A DNA stretch of 64,000 nt. Source: Candidatus Microbacterium pullistercoris (GTDB lineage Bacteria > Actinomycetota > Actinomycetes > Actinomycetales > Microbacteriaceae). The translations under genes and the position numbers were made by a program. Every line of letters starts with the position of its first letter. Within the stretch, counting starts at the first letter, position 1. The notes under the pieces are model-generated. The model saw only the letters and a list, made by a program, of their open reading frames with translations, had not been told where the DNA came from and did not search any database. The stretch spans positions 660 through 64,659 of the forward strand of contig DWXU01000041.1 of assembly GCA_019119065.1 (NCBI GenBank). The letters run 5' to 3'. Shown here in pieces: positions 50,875 to 60,386 of this stretch.

Positions 50875-52883
50875 GCCGAGCGGATTCCCTCGACGACGAG
50901 CGAAGCGAGAGACCGGGCCGCTTGGCGCGTGGCGGGGGCGAGGTCGTGGAATGTGATCGTGCTGCCGGTAGCGATCCGCGCGTCGTACGGGATCCGCACG
51001 ACATCACGGGCGCGACTGCGGAAGTGCGACTCGAGTTCGTCGAGCCGGACGAGCTCCGTTCCGGACGCCTCCTGGTTGATGACGACGACGGCGTTCCGCG
51101 CGAGCTCGCCGCGTCCGTTCGTCTCGAGCCACGTGAGGGTCTCGGACGCGAGGCGCGCTTCATCGACGCTCGTGCCGGACACGATGACGATCTGATCCGC
51201 GAGGTCGAGCGTCGCGTTCATCACGGAGTGGACGATGCCCGTTCCCGTGTCGGTGAGCACGAGGGAATAGAAGTGCTGCGCCAGCTCGGACACCTTGCGG
51301 TAGTCCGCGTCGCTGAACGCGTCGGCGACGTGCGGATCCGCGTCGCTCGCGAGGACGTCGAGGCGCGTCTCGTCGCGCACGACGTGCGCGGACAGGTCTC
51401 CGTAGCCGGAGATCTCGTCGCGGTCGCGGACGAGATCACGGACGGTCTTGCCCGACACTCGTGCGATGCGCTCGGCGAGTGTGCCGCGGTCCGGGTTCGC
51501 GTCGATCGCGACGACGCGGTCGTTCCTGGCGTCAGCGAGTGCCATACCGAGCAGCGCGGTCACCGTGGTCTTGCCCACGCCGCCCTTGCGGCTCATGACG
51601 GGGACGAACCGCGCGGCACCCGGTAGCGGTGCGGCGATGCGTGCCATGAGCTCCTTGCGAGAGCGCGTCTTCTTGCTGTCGCCGAGATTGATCAGTCCGC
51701 CGGTCGCCGAGTAGATGATGCGACGCCACGGGTCCTCGGGCTCCGGGCGGCGAATCGCACCGGTGTCGAGGAGCCGCTCATCGGTCAGCACCTCACTCGA
51801 TTCGCGGTTCGCGGCATCCTCGACCTCGTCGACGCGGCGCGCCGGAGGTTGCAGGAACGAGACGCGCTCCGGGCGGTCGGGCTGTGACACAGCTGTCTCC
51901 TTGCGGGGGATCGTCTCGGGCGCAGCCGGATCCGGCGCGCCCTCGCGGTCGTTGTCGTCCGTGTCGGCGGCGGGGCGGAGATCGTCCGCCGAAGCCTTCG
52001 TGAGGGGTGCAGGAACGTCCGGCTCGTCAGCGGCGTCCACGATCTCGAACGGCTCGAGGTCCTGCTCGCCATCGTCGTCGGCGACGTTGTCGCTCGACGA
52101 GGCGTCATCCGCGGGGTGGTCGGAGGGGTCGCCCACGTGGTCATCGGAGGGCGAGTCGCCCGCGGCGTCGACGCTATCGGTCGCGGGCTCGAGGCCGGAG
52201 ACATCCGCCTCGTCTGCAACGGCGGTCTCGGGCATGCCAGAGTGGTCCGCAGCCTCAGCGGCCCGTGCGTCGTCCACGGCCTCGTCGTCGGCGTCGTTCG
52301 CACCGTCGACCGTGTCATCGGCGGCTGTCGAATCCTCCTCCGCGGCGGTGTCAGCCGCGTCAGCCGTGCCCGACCCGGCGAACGGCGCCGTGATCTCCGA
52401 GTCCGGGTCATCGCCGTCCGAATCGGCTTCGGCGGCGGCATCGGCGACCTCTTCGTCCACGTCGCCGGAATCGACATCGTCCACGACCGCGACCGCCTCA
52501 TTAACGTCGTCGGCGGTCTCGTCGTCTTCGACGGCCTCGTCGTCCGCGTCACGAGCACTGTCGGAGTCGTCCGCCGAGTCGGCGCCGGTAACCGTGTCGT
52601 CCGCCGAGTAGTCCGTGGCGCGCGTGGGCTCGTCGGCATCGTCCTCAGGCTCGTCGCCCTCGGGGTCGTCTTCCCCGATCGCGCCGGCGCGCGCGGCTTC
52701 TTCGCCCGTGAGTTCGTCGGCGATCACGTCGTCGTCCGAGTCGTCGTCGCGATAGCCGACGGGGAGTGTCACGCTCACCTGCGCTGTCGCGCCGAGGTCG
52801 ATCGAGGTCGTCGAGGTGCCGACATCGTCGAGCACGCCGTGGTCCTGACTGTCGTCGGGAGACGGCTTGCGGTCTTCTGCCAA
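50871..52883 (-). CDS. MinD/ParA-class ATPase (EspI-like C-terminal domain) with ~370-aa polyacidic N-terminal region
   Basis: Deviant Walker A SRKGGVGKTT. The C-terminal ~300 aa is collinear with mycobacterial EspI/Rv3876-type ATPases. The start is uncertain: TTG 52883 is preceded by AGGAG, and TTG 52925 is the alternative. The stop overlaps the def ATG (ATGA). Confidence 0.75.
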   Translation of the reverse strand: MAEDRKPSPDDSQDHGVLDDVGTSTTSIDLGATAQVSVTLPVGYRDDDSDDDVIADELTGEEAARAGAIGEDDPEGDEPEDDADEPTRATDYSADDTVTGADSADDSDSARDADDEAVEDDETADDVNEAVAVVDDVDSGDVDEEVADAAAEADSDGDDPDSEITAPFAGSGTADAADTAAEEDSTAADDTVDGANDADDEAVDDARAAEAADHSGMPETAVADEADVSGLEPATDSVDAAGDSPSDDHVGDPSDHPADDASSSDNVADDDGEQDLEPFEIVDAADEPDVPAPLTKASADDLRPAADTDDNDREGAPDPAAPETIPRKETAVSQPDRPERVSFLQPPARRVDEVEDAANRESSEVLTDERLLDTGAIRRPEPEDPWRRIIYSATGGLINLGDSKKTRSRKELMARIAAPLPGAARFVPVMSRKGGVGKTTVTALLGMALADARNDRVVAIDANPDRGTLAERIARVSGKTVRDLVRDRDEISGYGDLSAHVVRDETRLDVLASDADPHVADAFSDADYRKVSELAQHFYSLVLTDTGTGIVHSVMNATLDLADQIVIVSGTSVDEARLASETLTWLETNGRGELARNAVVVINQEASGTELVRLDELESHFRSRARDVVRIPYDARIATGSTITFHDLAPATRQAARSLASLVVEGIRSA

Positions 52884-52927
52884 GGGAAACTCCTGAGTGC
52901 CGAGGCGGGACTCCCGCCATCGCAAGG

Positions 52928-55900
52928 TTACTCGGCCGGTGTGATCACGGCCAAAAGGTCACCGGCATCGACCTGCTGCGTCGCGCCGATCGCAACGCGC
53001 TCGATCGTGCCCGCGATGGGCGCGCCCACGGCCGCCTCCATCTTCATCGCCTCGATCGACGCGATGGCCTCGCCGGCCTCGACGACGTCGCCCGGTGAGA
53101 CCTTGAGCGTGACGACGCCCGAGAACGGCGCCGCGGCGTGCCCGGAGTTCGCGCGGTCGGCCTTCTCGGCCTCGTGCACGTCGACGTCGATCGAGCGGTC
53201 ACGCGCCTCGACCGGACGCAGCTGACCGTTCAGCGTCGTCATCACCGACCGCATCCCCTTGTCGTCAGCGTCGCCGATCGACTCGAGGCGCAGGTAGAGG
53301 TCCACACCCTTCTCCAGCTCGACGACGTGCTCACGCCCAGGCTCGAGACCGTAGAGGTAGTCGGCCGTCTCAAGAACGGAGATGTCGCCGAACTCGTGCT
53401 GGATCTCCTCGAACGCGGCCGTCGGCTGCGGGAACAGCAGGTGGTTGAGGCGGGCGCGTCGCGTGGCCGAATCAGCCGCGAGCGCTTCCTCGTCCGCCTC
53501 CGTGATCGGCGTGACGCCGGTCTTCACGTCGCGGCCGGCGAGCACCTTCGACCGGAACGGCTCGGGCCATCCGCCGGGGAGTTCGCCGAGCTCGCCCGCC
53601 ATGAATGCGACGACCGAGTCCGGCACGTCGTACTTCTCGGGGTTCTGCTCGAAGTCGCTCGGATCGGCCTTGACCGCGGCGAGGTGCAGGGCGAGGTCGC
53701 CGACGACCTTCGATGACGGCGTCACCTTGGGGATCCGCCCGAGCATGCGATCGGCCGCCGCGTACATGTCTTCGATGAGCTCGAAGTCGTCGGCGAGACC
53801 GAGCGCGATCGCCTGCTGACGCAGGTTCGAGAGCTGTCCACCCGGGATCTCGTGCGTGTAGACGCGTCCGGTCGGCCCCTGGAGTCCTGACTCGAACGGC
53901 GAGTAGACGTGCCGCACGGCCTCCCAGTACGGCTCGAGGTCCGCAACATTCTGCAGGTCGAGCCCCGTGTCGCGGGCCGTGTGCGCGAGCGACGCGACGA
54001 GGGCCGAAAGCGAGGGCTGACTGGTCGTGCCGGCCATCGTCGCGGCAGCGGCGTCAACAGCGTCTGCGCCCGCCGCGCTGGCGGCGAGCAGCGTGCCGAG
54101 CTGACCGCCGGCCGTGTCGTGCGTGTGGACGTGCACGGGAAGCGGGAATTCACGGCGCAGCGCCGTGACGAGCTTCGCCGCCGCGGCGGGCCGCAAGAGA
54201 CCCGCCATGTCCTTGATCGCGAGGATATGCGCGCCAGCGTCGACCATGCGCTCCGCGAGTCGCAGGTAGTAGTCGAGCGTGTACAGCTTCTCTGCCGGAT
54301 CCAGCAGATCGCCCGTGTAGCAGAGGGCGGTCTCGGCGACAGCGGTTCCCGTCGCCCGGACGGCGTCGATCGCCGGACGCATCTGGTCGACATCGTTCAG
54401 CGCGTCGAAGATGCGGAAGATGTCGATGCCGGTGTCGGCGGCTTCCTGCACGAAGGCATCGGTGACCTCGGTCGGGTACGGCGTGTAGCCGACCGTGTTG
54501 CGACCGCGCAGCAGCATCTGGATCGCGATGTTCGGCAGCGCCTCGCGGAGCTGCTCGAGTCTCGCCCACGGATCCTCGCCGAGGAACCGGAGAGCGACGT
54601 CGTAGGTCGCGCCACCCCACGCCTCGACGCTCAGCAGCTGCGACTCGAGGCGCGCGACGTGCGGGGCGACACCGAGGAGGTCTCGCGTGCGTACGCGGGT
54701 CGCGAGGAGCGACTGATGCGCGTCGCGGAAGGTCGTCTCCGTCACCGCGAGCGGCTTCTGCTCGCGCAGGGCCGCGACGAAGCCCTCAGGACCGAGCGCG
54801 AGGAGACGCTGTCGGGATCCGTCCGGCGCGGCCGCGGCGGTGTCGATCGTCGGCAGCTTCGTGCGCGGGTCCACGAGGTTCGGCCGTTCACCGTGCGGCC
54901 TGTTCACCGCCGTGTCGACCATCCAGCGCAGCAGCTTCGTGCCGCGATCCTTCGACGTACGCCCCTTCAGCAGCTCTGGCCGCTCGTCGATGAACGACGT
55001 CGACAGGTCGCCCGCGACGAACGCGGGATCGTCGAGGACAGCACGCAGGAACGGGATGTTCGTGGCGACGCCGCGGATCCGGAATTCAGCGAGTGCGCGA
55101 CGCGACCGCGCCACGGCGGACGGGAAGTCGCGCCCGCGGACCGTGAGCTTCGCGAGCATCGAGTCGAAGTGCGGAGACACCTGCGATCCGGCGGCGGTCG
55201 TGCCGCCGTCGATACGGATCCCCGCCCCGCCCGGAGAGCGGTAGGTGGTGATCTTGCCGGTGTCGGGACGGAAGCCGCTGGCGGGATCCTCCGTGGTGAT
55301 GCGCGTCTGCATCGCGGCGCCATGCATCACGATCTCGTCCTGAGTGAGGCCGAGCTCGACGAGAGTCTCCCCGAATGCAACGCGCATCTGCGCCTGCACG
55401 AGGTCGACGTCGGTGATCTCCTCGGTCACCGTGTGCTCGACCTGGATACGCGGGTTCATCTCGATGAAGACGACCTCGCCGGCACGAGGTCCATCCGTCT
55501 CGAGGAGGAACTCGACGGTTCCGGCATTGACGTATCCGATCGACTCCGCGAAGGCGACGGCGTGCCGATGGAGGTCAGCGGCGATCGCGGGGTCGAGATT
55601 CGGCGCGGGGGCGAGCTCCACGACCTTCTGGTGACGGCGCTGCACCGAGCAGTCGCGCTCGAAGAGGTGGACGGTGTTGCCCGAGCCATCGGCGAGCACC
55701 TGCACCTCGATGTGGCGAGGCCGCAAGACGGCCTGTTCCAGGAACATCCGCGCGTCTCCGAAGGCGCTGCCGGCCTCGCGCATCGCCTCGTCCAGCGCCG
55801 GAGCGAGCTCGTCCTTCGTCTCGACGCGGCGCATGCCGCGCCCACCGCCGCCCGCGACGGCCTTCGCGAACAGCGGGAAGCCGATGTCGTCCGACTGGGC

Positions 55901-56335
55901 GACGAGGGCGTCGACATCGTCGGTCGCCTCGGTCGAACGCAGAACGGGCACGCCGGCCGCAATCGCGTGCTCCTTCGCCGTGACCTTGTTGCCCGCCATC
56001 TCGAGCACGTGCGCGGGCGGCCCGATGAACGTGATCCCGTTCTCCGCCGCCTTCGCCGCGAGATCCGGGTTCTCCGAGAGGAACCCGTAGCCCGGGTAGA
56101 TCGCGTCGGCGCCGGACTGAACCGCGACACGCACGATCTCGTCGACATCGAGATACGCACGCACGGGGTGCCCCTCGGTGCCGATCTGGTAGGCCTCGTC
56201 TGCCTTCAAACGGTGCAGGGAGTTGCGGTCTTCCAGGGGGAAGACGGCGACGGTGCGGGCTCCCAGCTCGTAAGCGGCGCGAAACGCTCGGATCGCGATC
56301 TCTCCGCGATTGGCGACGAGGACCTTCGAGAACAT
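52928..56335 (-). CDS. pyc: pyruvate carboxylase
   Basis: KVLVANRGEIAIRAFRA (biotin carboxylase), a central carboxyltransferase domain, and a C-terminal biotinyl motif EAMKME. ATG 56335 is preceded by GGGAGG. The 125-codon upstream extension in the ORF track was discarded. Confidence 0.95.
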   Translation of the reverse strand: MFSKVLVANRGEIAIRAFRAAYELGARTVAVFPLEDRNSLHRLKADEAYQIGTEGHPVRAYLDVDEIVRVAVQSGADAIYPGYGFLSENPDLAAKAAENGITFIGPPAHVLEMAGNKVTAKEHAIAAGVPVLRSTEATDDVDALVAQSDDIGFPLFAKAVAGGGGRGMRRVETKDELAPALDEAMREAGSAFGDARMFLEQAVLRPRHIEVQVLADGSGNTVHLFERDCSVQRRHQKVVELAPAPNLDPAIAADLHRHAVAFAESIGYVNAGTVEFLLETDGPRAGEVVFIEMNPRIQVEHTVTEEITDVDLVQAQMRVAFGETLVELGLTQDEIVMHGAAMQTRITTEDPASGFRPDTGKITTYRSPGGAGIRIDGGTTAAGSQVSPHFDSMLAKLTVRGRDFPSAVARSRRALAEFRIRGVATNIPFLRAVLDDPAFVAGDLSTSFIDERPELLKGRTSKDRGTKLLRWMVDTAVNRPHGERPNLVDPRTKLPTIDTAAAAPDGSRQRLLALGPEGFVAALREQKPLAVTETTFRDAHQSLLATRVRTRDLLGVAPHVARLESQLLSVEAWGGATYDVALRFLGEDPWARLEQLREALPNIAIQMLLRGRNTVGYTPYPTEVTDAFVQEAADTGIDIFRIFDALNDVDQMRPAIDAVRATGTAVAETALCYTGDLLDPAEKLYTLDYYLRLAERMVDAGAHILAIKDMAGLLRPAAAAKLVTALRREFPLPVHVHTHDTAGGQLGTLLAASAAGADAVDAAAATMAGTTSQPSLSALVASLAHTARDTGLDLQNVADLEPYWEAVRHVYSPFESGLQGPTGRVYTHEIPGGQLSNLRQQAIALGLADDFELIEDMYAAADRMLGRIPKVTPSSKVVGDLALHLAAVKADPSDFEQNPEKYDVPDSVVAFMAGELGELPGGWPEPFRSKVLAGRDVKTGVTPITEADEEALAADSATRRARLNHLLFPQPTAAFEEIQHEFGDISVLETADYLYGLEPGREHVVELEKGVDLYLRLESIGDADDKGMRSVMTTLNGQLRPVEARDRSIDVDVHEAEKADRANSGHAAAPFSGVVTLKVSPGDVVEAGEAIASIEAMKMEAAVGAPIAGTIERVAIGATQQVDAGDLLAVITPAE

Positions 56336-56417
56336 GTGCCTCCCTTGGGGCAGATTTTCCACCGACAGATCGGCCGGGTGGGCCAGCTCACAGCTTAGAT
56401 AACGGTAGCGTAGGCGT

Positions 56418-57233
56418 GTGCACGTACTCAGCGTCAGTTCCCTCAAGGGCGGCGTCGGCAAGACGACGGTGACCCTGGGCCTCGCCTCTGCCGCTTTCGC
56501 GCGAGGCATCCGCACCCTCGTCGTCGACCTCGATCCGCAGTCCGATGTGTCGACAGGGCTCGATGTGCAGACGGCCGGACGGCTGAATGTCGCGGACGTC
56601 TTGGAGAATCCGAAGGAGAAGACGGTTCGCCAGGCGATCGCGTCGAGCGGCTGGACGAAGGTCCACCCCGGCAAGATCGACATCATGCTCGGCAGCCCGT
56701 CGGCGATCAACTACGACGGACCGCACCCCTCCGTGCGTGACGTGTGGAAGATGGAGGAGGCACTCGCGATCATCGAGGACGAGTACGACCTCGTGCTCAT
56801 CGACTGTGCGCCCTCGTTGAATGCCCTCACCCGCACGGCCTGGGCGGCAAGCGACCGCGTCAGCGTCGTGACCGAGCCCGGCCTGTTCTCGGTGGCCGCC
56901 GCCGACCGCGCGCTCCGCGCGATCGAGGAGATCCGTCGCGGGCTCTCCTCACGCCTGCAGCCGCTCGGCATCATCGTGAACCGCGTGCGCCCGCAGTCCG
57001 TCGAGCACCAGTTCCGCATTAAGGAGCTGCGCGACATGTTCGGTCCGCTCGTACTCGAGCCGCAGCTGCCCGAGCGCACCTCGCTGCAGCAAGCGCAGGG
57101 CGCGGCGAAGCCGTTGCACGTCTGGCCCGGCGAATCGGCACAGGAGCTCGCCGCCGACTTCGACCAGCTGCTCGACCGGATCGTCGAGGCCGGCCACATC
57201 CCGGTTCCGGACGAGGGACCCCAGGCGCACTGA
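56418..57233 (+). CDS. ParA family ATPase (orphan, no parB nearby)
   Basis: SSLKGGVGKTTVTLGLA, VVDLDPQ and IDCAPSL motifs. GTG start. Confidence 0.85.
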   Translation: MHVLSVSSLKGGVGKTTVTLGLASAAFARGIRTLVVDLDPQSDVSTGLDVQTAGRLNVADVLENPKEKTVRQAIASSGWTKVHPGKIDIMLGSPSAINYDGPHPSVRDVWKMEEALAIIEDEYDLVLIDCAPSLNALTRTAWAASDRVSVVTEPGLFSVAAADRALRAIEEIRRGLSSRLQPLGIIVNRVRPQSVEHQFRIKELRDMFGPLVLEPQLPERTSLQQAQGAAKPLHVWPGESAQELAADFDQLLDRIVEAGHIPVPDEGPQAH

Positions 57234-57240
57234 GCGCGCC

Positions 57241-58026
57241 TCAGCGCCGCCGCACGAGCGCGCGCACGGTGACCAGCAGACCGACGGCCGTCCACAGCGC
57301 GAGCGTGACGAGATCCCATCCGCTGAAGGCGTAGTCGTCGGACGCGACCCCGGCGCGCATGAGGTCACCCGCCGCTTGAATCGGGAGCACATCGTGCAGC
57401 GCCTGGAACCAGGCGGGCAGCTGGCTCGCGGGGAACGTGATCGGCGAGAACAGCATCACGAAGAAGACCAGCACCTGCGTGACCAGCTGCGCCAGCGTCG
57501 GCGGCAGGCCCACCGCGATCGCGTATCCCACGGCCGTCGCCATCGTCGTCACGAGCAGCGACGCCACGACGAGCAGGATCACGTCGAACGCGAACGCGAC
57601 GTCATATCGCAGCCACGCGACGAACAGTCCGACGGCGACGCCGGGGAGCGCGATGAGTGCCCAGACAGCGAGGTCGACGATGAGCAGCAGGGGCCGCGCG
57701 ACCGGCAGCGCCCGCTGATAGTCGAATGCGCCGCTCATTCGCGCGCGGGACACGCCCTGGGGAACGATCACCAGGCCGATGACGAGCAGCAGCACGGTGG
57801 GCACGCCGGATGAGAGAAACAGCGCGGTATCCGACGTGATGTCCGGAATCAGGAAGCCGAAGCCGATGACGAGCCCTGCGGCGAGCACCGCCTGGATCAC
57901 GACGATGAGCGGCAGCATCGCGCCAATGGACGCCAGTGACCATCGCATCATCGCGAGGAAGCTTGTCCAGATCGTGACGCGTGCCGGCGCGATCGATGCC
58001 GTCCGGACCAGAGCCGACTCAGGCAT
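57241..58026 (-). CDS. ABC-2 type transporter permease
   Basis: About 6 TM helices immediately downstream of, and overlapping, the ABC ATPase gene. ATG at 58026. Confidence 0.7.
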   Translation of the reverse strand: MPESALVRTASIAPARVTIWTSFLAMMRWSLASIGAMLPLIVVIQAVLAAGLVIGFGFLIPDITSDTALFLSSGVPTVLLLVIGLVIVPQGVSRARMSGAFDYQRALPVARPLLLIVDLAVWALIALPGVAVGLFVAWLRYDVAFAFDVILLVVASLLVTTMATAVGYAIAVGLPPTLAQLVTQVLVFFVMLFSPITFPASQLPAWFQALHDVLPIQAAGDLMRAGVASDDYAFSGWDLVTLALWTAVGLLVTVRALVRRR

Positions 58027-59002
58027 GAGCAACCTCCCCTGCCACCCGGTCGGTATCGCCGTCGGCGTGCGCGGTGAGCGCCAGATAGGCGTCTTCGAGT
58101 GTCGCCGGGGCGAGCGAGAACCCTTCGATGCGGTCGGCGTCGCGTTGCGCGGTCGCCCATCGCACGGCGGTCGCCGCGTCGTGGGCCGCGACGGTCAGCA
58201 GCGTGCGCCGTCCGGCGCGCACGCGGCGCCGCACCGGCAGCCGCTCGTCGTCTTCCGACGGATCCGCACCCGCGGTCGGCAGTTGCAGCTCGAGTCGCAG
58301 GTCGCTGTCCTGCGTCCCGCGCAGGCGCGCCGGGGATCCGGAAGCAAGCAGGCGCCCGCTATCGAGGATCGCGAGCTCATCGACGATCCGCTCGGCCTCG
58401 GCGACGTTGTGGGTGACGAGCAGCACGCCGCATCCGAGATCGCCGCGGCGCCTCACGGCCTCCCACAGCAGCCGGCGTCGGGAGGCGTCGATGTCGTTTG
58501 TCGGCTCATCCAGGATGAGGAGGGGCGGTGGCGCGGCGACGGCCATGGCGAACCCCGTCAATCGCCGGATCCCTCCGGAGAGCCCGCCCCCTTCCGGCAA
58601 CGCGCGGCGGTCGAGCCACGGCCCGATGTCGAGCTCGTCGGCGAGATCGGAGGCAGCGACGCGCGCGTCGCGCGCCGAGAGTCCGCGGAGGCGTGCGGCG
58701 ATCTCGATGGCCGCCCGGGGCGTGAGGCCGTCGATCGGCGTCTGTGCCTGCGGCTGGAGTGCCACGTGTCGTCGCGCGGCGGACGGGTTCCGTACCGCGT
58801 CGGCACTGCCCACGCGGATCTCCCCCGCCTCCGGCTTCAGCAGTCCGACGACCTGGGAAACGAGGGTGGTCTTCCCGGCGCCGTTGTGCCCGAGCAACCC
58901 GACCACCTCACCGCGGCCGACCCGAAGCGAAATGTCGTCGTTGGCGACGACGCGCCCGTATCGGCATGTCAGGCCCGTGATGCGAAGGACGTCACTGCTC
59001 AT
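58019..59002 (-). CDS. ABC transporter ATP-binding protein
   Basis: Walker A GHNGAGKTT, signature LSGG, Walker B LILDEP. ATG 59002 is preceded by GGGGAGAAG. Confidence 0.9.
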   Translation of the reverse strand: MSSDVLRITGLTCRYGRVVANDDISLRVGRGEVVGLLGHNGAGKTTLVSQVVGLLKPEAGEIRVGSADAVRNPSAARRHVALQPQAQTPIDGLTPRAAIEIAARLRGLSARDARVAASDLADELDIGPWLDRRALPEGGGLSGGIRRLTGFAMAVAAPPPLLILDEPTNDIDASRRRLLWEAVRRRGDLGCGVLLVTHNVAEAERIVDELAILDSGRLLASGSPARLRGTQDSDLRLELQLPTAGADPSEDDERLPVRRRVRAGRRTLLTVAAHDAATAVRWATAQRDADRIEGFSLAPATLEDAYLALTAHADGDTDRVAGEVAHA

Positions 59003-59042
59003 GCTTCTCCCCTCAGATACCACCAGTATGTGGATACCGACA

Positions 59043-59054
59043 GTATTCGAATAC
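59043..59054. promoter_or_regulatory. perfect 12-bp palindrome GTATTCGAATAC, candidate TetR operator
   Basis: Centred in the 92-bp divergent spacer between the ABC ATPase gene and tetR. Confidence 0.35.
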
Positions 59055-59094
59055 CCTGGGTACGTCAAGTGCGCGGCGCACTTATGATCGAGGG

Positions 59095-59724
59095 GTGGCT
59101 CAGCTTCCCCATCCCCTCTCCCGCCGCGACCGTCAGCAGCAGACGCGCGAAGCGCTGGTCTTCGCGGCCCGGCGGGTGTTCGCGGAGGACGGGTATCACG
59201 CGGCGAGCCTCGAGCGGATCGCGCGCGAAGCGGGTTTCACGAAGGGCGCGATCTACTCCAACTTCGACGGCAAACCCGCGCTGTTCCTCGCGGTCATGGA
59301 TCAGAATCTGCAGCTCGCGGACCTCGATATCCGCGACCCGTTCGACGAGACGAAGGCCCCCATGTCGACCGGCCGCGACCTCGCCGAGCGCGAGGGATAC
59401 CCGGCGGCCGCAACGCAGGGGTTCGCCCTCGCCACACTCGAATTCATCAGCGCGGCAGCCCGCGACGAGACGCTCGCGCCGCAGCTGCACCGGCGCCTCG
59501 AAGAGCTGCTCGACCGCTACACGGAGATCGCAAAGCGCGTGGGCCCCGTCGACGAAACACTTCCGGCCGCTGACATCGGGAAGCTCCTGGCTGCGCTGGA
59601 CCAGGGCCTGGGCCTGATCCTGCTGTCGGGAGACGTTCCGCTCGACACCACGCTCTTCAACGCGGGCATGCGACGGCTCATCGACCCCGCGCGGACGGCC
59701 GCGGACAGCGCGTCCGGCGCCTGA
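59095..59724 (+). CDS. TetR/AcrR family transcriptional regulator
   Basis: N-terminal HTH ASLERIAREAGFTKGAIYSNFDGK. Divergent from the ABC exporter. Confidence 0.9.
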   Translation: MAQLPHPLSRRDRQQQTREALVFAARRVFAEDGYHAASLERIAREAGFTKGAIYSNFDGKPALFLAVMDQNLQLADLDIRDPFDETKAPMSTGRDLAEREGYPAAATQGFALATLEFISAAARDETLAPQLHRRLEELLDRYTEIAKRVGPVDETLPAADIGKLLAALDQGLGLILLSGDVPLDTTLFNAGMRRLIDPARTAADSASGA

Positions 59725-59730
59725 AGCGCG

Positions 59731-60273
59731 TCAGGCGGTCTTCTTGGCGCGACGAGCGGCGAGCTCGTCGACTGGATCCGGCTCGGCCGGGTCGAACTCG
59801 ACGAGCGTCGTCTCGACCTCGCGCAGCACCTTGCCGACGGCGATGCCGAAGACGCCCTGCCCACGGCTGACGAGGTCGATCACCTCATCGTTCGACGTGC
59901 ACAGGTACACCGACGCGCCGTCGCTCATCAGGGTCGTGCTCGCGAGATCGCGGATCCCCGAGGCACGGAGCTGCTCGACGGCCACGCGGATCTGCTGAAG
60001 CGAGATCCCGGTGTCGAGGAGTCGTTTGACGAGCTTGAGCACGAGGATGTCGCGGAAGCCGTACAGGCGCTGCGTGCCGGACCCCTGCGCATTGCGAATC
60101 GTCGGCACGACGAGGTCGGTGCGCGCCCAGTAGTCGAGCTGACGGTAGGTGATGCCGGCCGCCTTCGCGGCGACGGCGCCGCGATAGCCCGCATCGGGAT
60201 CCAGCTGCGGCAGACCGTCGGTGAAGAGAAGGTCGACGGCGAATCCGCTGTCGTGGGGATGTCCCGCGCTCAT
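59731..60273 (-). CDS. MerR family transcriptional regulator (Rv1830-like)
   Basis: AAKAAGITYRQLDYWARTDLVVP...RLYGFRDILVLKLVKRLLDTGISLQQIR. ATG 60273 is preceded by GAGAGGA. Confidence 0.8.
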   Translation of the reverse strand: MSAGHPHDSGFAVDLLFTDGLPQLDPDAGYRGAVAAKAAGITYRQLDYWARTDLVVPTIRNAQGSGTQRLYGFRDILVLKLVKRLLDTGISLQQIRVAVEQLRASGIRDLASTTLMSDGASVYLCTSNDEVIDLVSRGQGVFGIAVGKVLREVETTLVEFDPAEPDPVDELAARRAKKTA

Positions 60274-60386
60274 CTTCGTCCTCTCGGTCCAAGGGGTTGC
60301 CCCCACAGTACGGGTGCGACCCCGCGCCTTCAACGACATTCGCCTTCCGGGTGACGGCGTGTCGATCAAGACGTTATGAATCGTGA

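Noticed and set aside
53909-56398. An 829-aa plus-strand ORF
   Set aside because: It is antisense to pyruvate carboxylase, has low-complexity Arg/Asp/Glu content and no motifs.
56336-56710. Upstream extensions of pyc (to 56710). The same issue affects murC (to 31343), trpD (to 2384), divIVA (to 25839), lspA (to 25373) and the ABC ATPase (to 59068)
   Set aside because: The conserved N-termini and ribosome-binding sites sit at the internal starts given in the feature list. The extensions overlap neighbouring genes or promoters and are not protein-like.
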